Positions 55,831 through 64,000 of a DNA stretch of 64,000 bases are shown here, piece by piece. The DNA is from Eledone cirrhosa (taxonomy: Eukaryota): positions 156,488,001 to 156,552,000 of the forward strand of contig OZ024743.1 of assembly GCA_964016885.1 (NCBI GenBank). Reading direction: 5' to 3'. Within the stretch, counting starts at the first letter, position 1, and the number at the start of each line of letters is the position of its first letter. Made by a program: the position numbers and the translations under genes. The notes under the pieces are model-generated. The model searched no databases, was not told the origin of the DNA, and worked only from the letters and a program-made list of their open reading frames with translations.

Positions 55831-56199
55831 CATTATAAGACTATACAATGTGTAATGAAGTATAATGGGAAGATAATGCAAATAGCCATGAAACATGAAC
55901 AAAAGTAAATAATGATTTTGTGTCTCCAAGGAAGCCTCAAAATTGGCAACGAACAAAGCTGCATTGCCAGATGATTATGATGAAAATGAAAACAAAGAGC
56001 CAATAGCAGAAACAGGGGAGAGGATAAAAAAAAAGTAAGACCGAAAAAAATAAAATAGCACGCGAAAACGATGCTGATATATGGTGGAATTGCGCATGCA
56101 AATCACCATAAGCCTGGTTAATACGCGCTGGAGTAAATGTCGCATATAATCAAATCCTCCCCCGAACCCTCACAAAAGGTATAAACAATGAAGCAGAAC

Positions 56200-56790
56200 A
56201 TGGTAAGGGCAGAATATACTGTAGTGGCATGAAAAGGTTAACAACATTGTCCCTGGCTTCCCTGTTTTTGACAAAAAAATATGTTCACATATATGATAGA
56301 GTTGGGATTAAGATATATAGAAAGTTATGCCAAAATTGCGAAATACACACAGAAGAGAGGTGGTGGTGACATACACCAGAAAAAGAATCAGTGAATGACA
56401 AAGCAACGGTGTTTTGTGATATCCCAATACACAGAGACAGGGAGATCAAAGCCGATATTTTCAACCGGATATTTTCGACCGGATTTTATAATCAATGAGG
56501 GAATATAAAATGATATATCTTCTATATGTCATACATGTCCCCACAAACAACAGTAAATCCCGGAAATTGAGAAATTATCCAGATATAAAGATCAAGAGAT
56601 AGGAGTATATCGAATGTGGTTGTTGAAAACAGAAACCATCCCTATAATATTAGGTTATTTGGGAAAGATAAAAAAAAAAACAAGCCAAACAAATGCATGA
56701 CTAAAACCCCAGGATTTATAAATTCATACAACATTCGGAAAATAGGTGTACTACACACTGCACGCATGTATCGAAGAGTAATCTGAACAG
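56200..56790 (+). mobile_element. R4-clade RLE 3' fragment
   Basis: HTPEKESVNDKATVFCDIPIHRDREIKA..RPD; EKLSRYKDQEI...MW..KTETIPIILG. Confidence 0.8.
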
Positions 56791-56949
56791 AACAGAATCA
56801 TAAACAACTAAAACAACACTGCAAATATGCGAGTTGCTCAGAGCTGTGCTGGTTAAAGTAGTGATGACACACAATAATAGTAAGACTAATGGTAATTATA
56901 ACAATAATAGCGATTAAAAGAAAGCATCACTATTAATGGTGATCCTTTC

Positions 56950-59900
56950 TTTGATCGGCCACACTTTCTTTTATCGGCGACATTACGAGGAGGAAATAAC
57001 ACTAAATAGTTTTTTTTGGGGGGTTTTTTTTTTACTTCGAGTAAAAGAAGGGGAACATCGCCGAAGTGAAAGCTGTAAGTATAAAAATAATACAGAATTT
57101 GAAGAATATTAATAGTAGCTATATATTACAAAAACGACAGTCAAGTAGAAGCAGGTCACCAATATTATCAGCCATTTAAGGATCCAACGAGAACTCCACA
57201 AAAGAATCGGATATCTCCATCACATACCGGGCATTAGAAAAGTTAAGTCAACTATATCAATCTTGCTATTCACCCCGTCTTCCATAAAAACTACTGGAAG
57301 GCAGCACGTCCCTTTGTATCCTTCCTTCTAAAACGATGTAGCGGCATAATCCTCAATATAGAAACAGCCGACAGATAGATTTGCGCTACAAGTGATAGCA
57401 GCTGTTTAGCATGCCTGCTAAACGTTATCGTACAGCACCTTTCCTTTGCCCTGCGTGCAAAAGTAGTGCCTACCTCGAGCAGATAGTGATCATCCATAGC
57501 ATTGTTATGCCTAAGATGTTTGAAAATTGTCCATAATCCCCATCTTCTAATTCCTCTAGAAGTGCCTGTTCAAACTCTCGTATTCAGCGCCAAGAGCCAC
57601 TTCCCCACTCGTTTGATTATACTAGCTCTCTGTCACTAGCTCTCTATCGAATGCATATGTTGTTTTCTAGGAGTCTGTGGCGGTGTTCAGCTTGTAATTT
57701 TCTGTGAGTTCCTAGCAAAAATTTGATAATTTATGGACCGAATGTTACCATTTCCCATCGTGTACCCCCTATGATATACCTACCCCTGCTAATTTCATAA
57801 CAAAGCTATTTAGATACAATCCAGCCGTAATTGCTCCAATTGGGTATTGCGGAAAACTACTCTGTATTTGTCAGACAGTGAGACTCAACGTATCAGGTTT
57901 TTAGGCTTTCGTATCACAAGATACACACAACCATACCCTTTGTTCGTCCTTAATGCTATTTTACTCCCTGGATCAAAATAACAAGAGGTTCCGAGAAAGA
58001 CCACTAACTGGTTGAATCCAGAAAGTGCGCCCGTATGTGTTGGCTAGAAAGATAGGGAGAGAGAGAAAAAATATGGATCTGTTGGAGAATTGGTGTCTCC
58101 ATATCTATATTTGTGTGGGATTCATTTGACAAATTATTTAGAAAGCGGTTGGTTGTCTTAATTTTTGTGTTCCCAATGTCATGTGGAAACATTTTCCTCA
58201 CAGTTTTATATATTTCGACGGGCATTTTTACTATATGTTAATTTGTGATACATTGAAGGTGATGATATTGAAAATCTCCACTTCTTTTGAATGACTTACC
58301 TTTGTCGCATGAGTAACATCAATTCGTTGCCCATTTCACTGGCACACAATTCGGGGTAGCTGAGGCCTGAAAGCTCTAATGGGCTGGTCTCACCACATGA
58401 ATGGCAGCAACATTTTCTGAATTCAAATGCAAATCAAACTTCGACTCAATTCAGCTGGTTAATGAGGAGTGGGAACATATGTTAAACCTGTTCTCTGACT
58501 ACCATATTCTTACGTCTATAAGGGCATCGCTACCTTCTAGAAAAACGAGGCCAGGATCCACCAAATGGCTAACTCTGATGATATACACGAAATCGTGACT
58601 TTTCTAGCTCGTGTTCCAAAATGTGAAGTGTAAATAATGTAGCCGCTTCCACGATAGACACAGCATCAGATTTTATGGCAAGGGCTTCTCTTTTGAAAAG
58701 TACTTCTATTCCACCAAAACGCCCTGCATTTGGAACGAATTCAACATTGTACTAAAGTCCGCTTAAACGTTTCTCCGTCTGAGCCTGTAGCTCTAGTTCT
58801 GGGTGTCTCATATTTACCCAGATAAAGTGACATGGATGCGTTTTGTAGCATATAAACTTGACATAACAAAAGCAATACAAATGGAAGTACAGTTGGCAAA
58901 GGCCAAACTAAACCTTAGTTCACTGTGACAATTAATGGCAAGTCAGCTTTCCTTTTCTTACCTTCAAACAAAGGCACATATTATCCAAACTCATTCAGTT
59001 CATCCTTTTAATTATCAGCCAGTTTTGAATAAATATTTTATGAAGATCGCGTTCATTTCCTCTACATGCACATTGCCAATTACTCAAAGACGAGGTTCTC
59101 TGTTATCTCACTTTTTATGGGTACCCACCATACAGTTGTTCTCTGTAACGACAAGAAAGAGGGAGAAATATTTTCTTTCACCAGCATTGGTTTTCTCTAG
59201 ACACGATTGTTAGGCAAATGTGTCCTACATGTTATCAGCTTTTCGGCATATTCTCATAAATCTCTTTCATCGTACTGCCAAAACATAATATAATCATGGA
59301 AGATAGCACGTCTATGCCTGATGCTTTTTTATACTCCCTGCATCGACAGCAGGAGTTTCCCCGAAATCATCATCATAATTACCCTACACTAAACCTATTG
59401 CAAGTTGAGAGTTTCAGAAATTGTACCCCTAGTTAAGGGCTGCAAGTGCGACATAATACTTCACAAGACAGGTGCTTAGTCGTGACCTTTTTGTTTCATC
59501 TCAGGCTGCAGCAAAATCTGTTCGACAAATATATGGCCACATTTGCACGGCGTTCATATATCCGTACAAAATCCGTAGGCTGGGTAAGAATAGTCAATCA
59601 GGTTATGGCCTCCATACAGATGCTTTTGACGATAGATCAATTATTGGAGAAGTGGAACATAACCCTGCCACAACAAGCGGAAATATAGTCGCTCAAACCT
59701 GGTAGTGTGAAATCCTAGACAAAGCAAAAGAGTATGGAGTACGACACGACGTTGTTCGACAGCTTCTCCAGATATCGGACTTCAAACCGCTACCCTTTTT
59801 TGCTGCTAATGACCTATATTAGTTTAGAACGACACCGATCATCCCCACTTCGGTGATGACCAAAACATTTACGGTGAAATAATCCGAAGACGCCGAAACC

Positions 59901-60300
59901 GTTTTCCTACCTCACAATTTGAAAGATATGTCTATCAATAGCTCCAACGTCCGCACTTGTGGCCCGTGAGCAGAGTAAATGGAAAGAAGAACAGTTCATC
60001 CCTGAACACACGATATGAAATTGTTCCATGAAGTGACGATTTATCTGTCTACCGGGCAGTTTACGCTGTGCATTGAACCAATACAGCCTCTGAAAACAGC
60101 TCGTCCTTCGTACAGATGCAATGCTTTCCATATGTTCGAATCTAGCAGGCCTCACAGGAACCAACATTTTGACATGGGTGTACCCATTTCATATTTTATT
60201 ATGTATCATACAAAGTGGTGTTTGTCTTAGTGAGATCTGTTTGGGGTAACGTATCTTTGCATTTGGCAGACAAAACACTCGATGAACAGCATTTTTGCTG
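56950..60300 (-). mobile_element. Very old decayed L1/Tx1-type LINE (tentative)
   Basis: Scattered APE-, RT- and knuckle-like peptides (e.g. KASGID) and intermediate GC; no long ORF. Confidence 0.45.
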
Positions 60301-60719
60301 ATGCGTTCGTCAGAAATGGTTAACTATGTATTCAGAAAATATATGTGCCGAAAACTACAATTCATACATCATTTACGCGTCTATCTCTGAACCATTACTA
60401 CACTCCGTCTCCCAGAACTGCCAAGACATCGTGCTACCTATTGTAAACCTCAGAGGTATAACATCAAATTTCCACCTATATCTTATATACCGTTGTCGGT
60501 TTTTAGCAGCATCTTTTTTTCTTTTCTTTACTATTTCCAATATTGACGCAGTAGGTTGTGGAGGTTTGCAAGAAAAGTGACCACCATTTCAGACTCATTA
60601 ATCATTCCGGTGAGGTGAACAAAATGGTGCTGAGATGACGTGGATATAAAAAACAATAGTAATTTATTGATAGTTATATTTTATCAGTATGCTAAATATT
60701 ATCATTTATGCCAGTATTA

Positions 60720-60845
60720 ATAACATCAGCATCAGAAGCAACTGCAGCAATAGTAGTAGTAGCAACAACCACAGCAGCAGCAGCAGAGACAAGTGCAGCA
60801 GCAGCAGCAATAGTAGTTATAGCAACAACCACAGAAGCAATAGTG

Positions 60846-60916
<71 letters not shown>

Positions 60917-60950
60917 TAGTAGTAGTGGTGGTGGTGGTGGTGGTGGTGGT
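60720..60950. repeat. Compound (CAG)/(TAG)/(TGG) trinucleotide microsatellite
   Basis: Seen directly. Confidence 0.95.
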
Positions 60951-61378
60951 TTTATTAATTTTTAGTTGTTATTTTAATTGCATTTGGATTGTTATTGCTT
61001 TATATTTCAGTCGTTTCATTATGTGTCTCATTTTATTTTTTTAATTTTAGTTGAATTTGCAATTAGAATTGTTTTCTGTTAAGTTCAGAAGGATGTTGAA
61101 ACTTTAAATAAATTACTTGACACATAATCACCAAATTACTTTGAATCACTTCAAAAATATATAATTTAATTACAAGGATCAATTAGTAATAATTGTGGCT
61201 GGAATTTTAAATGGAATTTTCTCTTTGAATGGGGAATTGGAAATTATATTTTTCTATTCAATTTTTGCCTAAATTTCATTATTTATATTTCTCTGCATAG
61301 TTGTTATTATTATTATTTTTAATTATCATTAGTATTATGATTAAACGTAACATAATGAAATATATATATATATAAATG

Positions 61379-61491
<113 letters not shown>

Positions 61492-62114
61492 ATACATATA
61501 TATTCCTTCATAATATATACGTGACAGAAAAAATGAAGATAGATTCAGCAACTGTAGCTATTTTATTTTAGACCTAGGTCGAATTTCACTGATCAGATCT
61601 AAGTTTAAATTCATCCTAGTCGTGTGAATCACTTCCTCTTAAGTATATGTAAACCTCGTGTATCCTTTCTCTTATGTCTTTATTAAAACAATTAGACAAC
61701 TGAGTATGATTCGCTGGAGAACTACCAGCTATATTTAGAAGATAGCGTAACTCTGTGGAATTTCTTTAATTTACTCAATCATTAAGTTACTGTGATGGAA
61801 TATTGATGAACTAATCACGAGGTGGAAATGATCGCTGGTTCGCTACATAGAATATCAAATTGACATCAAGTGTGCCTGTATTTGCAACATCTAAGACAGC
61901 TTTACTGGGTGGTTTAAATGACAAAGTAGGAATATAACCATCAATAGGAATACGTTAACTGGAGACATGGAAAAGAAACACATCACCATATTGTCTCAAT
62001 CAGGTTTAATTATAATAATATCTCTATATGCTTGGAAGGGTTAGGGAATTTCAAACTGAGCAGTTTATCAGCATTGTACCAACAAAAAAGAAATTGTGTG
62101 AATATGCATCAGAA

Positions 62115-62390
62115 TAATGAAGTCGTTAGAGCGTTGGAATCACAATCGTAAGTTTGTGACTTCGAATACCGGACCGGCTCGTGCGTTATGCTCTTGAGCA
62201 AAGACTTTATTTCACGTTGCTCCACTTTACTCAGCTGTGAGTTACGACATCAGTGGTGCCATTGCCTTACCCTTGGACAACATCATTGGCATGGAGAGGG
62301 AAGACTATTGGTCTTCCACAAACATACCTTGCCCAGGCTTGAGCCTCCGAGGGGAAGTTTCCAGGTGCGAAACCATGGTAATTCCTGAAT
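62115..62390 (+). mobile_element. tRNA-derived CORE-type SINE, family B variant
   Basis: TCACAATCGTAAG...TTCGAATACC...CTTGAGCAAAGACTTTATTTCACGTTGCTCC. Confidence 0.78.
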
Positions 62391-63214
62391 TGTTAGGTCA
62401 AGTGTTCGCTGTCTGTATTTTTGTCTGGTTAATTTGATTGTGCATATATCTTGTTATTAATCACCCAGAAACGTCTACAAATTGCACTATGTGATCAGAA
62501 GACCTTCCACTTTAACATATTAGTGAAATCTATAGCTGTGGAAATCGTCACTCCTCTAGAGAGCGGAAACTTTGTACTTTAGCGAAAATCACTTGCTTGA
62601 TCTCGACTGAAGTGCGTACAGCCCATGGACTATATGTAATTTCCAGAAATGTCTGACCTGGCAAGAACACCGGGGTTCATTTCTGATTCAGGATAATCTG
62701 TAAAAATACAAACATGGAGAAATGTGTATATCCGGCGCATATTGGAGGATACTTTCAATACTTCTTAAATCATTGACCAAGCATTGCTTACTGATGACGA
62801 TATGTCAAAACGGTGTTATCGCATGCAACAAATTTCTTTTCATTGGCCGCAAAGTTGAGGCAATTTTCTTGATACATGATACATGTATGCGACATATATG
62901 TTTAACACGACTGAAAGATTAGAAGAGGTGCATATTTCTTTCCCAATTTATTGAAAGTGAGGAAAATTGAAGATGGGAAGAAAGTTGGGTTGAAAGAGTA
63001 GGTGCAGACTCTCGTAAATTAGTTGAAGTCACTATTTATTATTCCTTGCATTAATGCATTTAATTGTTTAGCCTCCTATAACCAGTCTAATAATGAGTAA
63101 CAATCCCCACTAACCATTTCACTAAAACTCTAGTGCAAACGAAACTTACCATAGCGTACTGAGAACGTATAAAACAAAATCCCCTGGAAAGCAGCACAAC
63201 AACATTTTGATAAT

Positions 63215-63405
63215 ACTATTTTACGTGGGTGGTAGAGGGTCGGACGCCATGCTTTCCAGCATAGTTACATCCCTTTACGGACTGAGTTCAAATCCCGCCG
63301 AGGTTAATTTTACCTTTCATCCTTACGGGGTCGATAAAATAAAGTTCCAGTAATACACTGGGATAATTGCTGGCCTTGTGTCAAAAGTAGAAACTATTTT
63401 ACGTG
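63215..63405 (+). mobile_element. SINE family A with 13-bp target-site duplication
   Basis: ACTATTTTACGTG at 63215-63227 and 63393-63405; B-box GAGTTCAAATCC. Confidence 0.92.
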
Positions 63406-64000
63406 ATCTGCCTACAGATTTGTACACGGTCTCTACTCGTTACGTACTATATAAGTGCACTATTTCTTAACGAAGATGCAATAAAGATATCCGTTTATAT
63501 GTACCATCAAAATAATTAGAAAGTATTTATAAAGAATAGAAGTTGTGTCAATTGAAATTTTATTCCGCTCGGTAACATCTTTTAATTAGATGTTACTGTT
63601 ATTGCTCAGTGACGTTTTGCTATGTCTGGTGGGGTTGCAAGGTTTCTCATTGTGATACAATTTCAATATTTGACATCATTACTTTATAAACAGAATACAA
63701 TATTTATGTGCACATGAAATGTGACTATTTGTTGCTTTAAGATGTATGAATTCATTTTGTCTAGGCAGGAAGCCAGGTTTTCTAAGTCAGCGGATTTATT
63801 TCTATATATTATTTTCCTTTTGTTGACCTGGAAGGCAAATGTGATTATAATTCCAGGATAAATATGAAACTGAATTTAGTCTGGTGCTGTACAGTTTATT
63901 TAAGATAATCAAATGTTTTTTCTTCAAATATTTATCAATACTGTTGATCTTGATGGTATTTTAAGCAGACTAATTCGATATAGAAAGCATAAGAAAGAAG

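Noticed and set aside
60689-60965. Poly-Ser / poly-Ala-Val ORFs
   Set aside because: Compound trinucleotide microsatellite.
62469-62927. AG..GT-bounded 153-codon exon-like block
   Set aside because: Seven in-frame stops, close to random expectation at this AT content; protein-like appearance is not evidence.

Overview
AT-rich eukaryotic (metazoan) intergenic or intronic DNA. The long (TA)n/(CA)n/(TACA)n microsatellites, tRNA-derived SINEs and dense Penelope-like elements suggest a coleoid cephalopod such as Octopus (inference only). No intact host gene, rRNA, true tRNA or CRISPR array is supported. The window is mostly decayed transposons: Penelope-like elements (GIY-YIG ends, inverted or tandem pseudo-LTRs, about ten minimal hammerhead-ribozyme motifs), several Tx1/L1-type LINEs, two CRE-like RLE LINEs, an RTE LINE in two opposed halves, a near-full-length R4/Dong-type LINE with an internally deleted partner, Tc1/mariner and possible piggyBac remnants, and two SINE families. 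The most notable observations are: (1) a ~200-bp element found only beside (TA)n, ending in a ~120-bp fold-back whose arms co-vary between copies, with one copy continuous with a Penelope 3' end; (2) a diverse set of minimal hammerheads with palindromic stem III; (3) an HDV-like pseudoknot candidate at the shared 5' end of the R4-type elements; (4) a possible two-exon decayed host gene of unknown family at 4.2-5.5 kb. All calls are by eye, and element boundaries are approximate.
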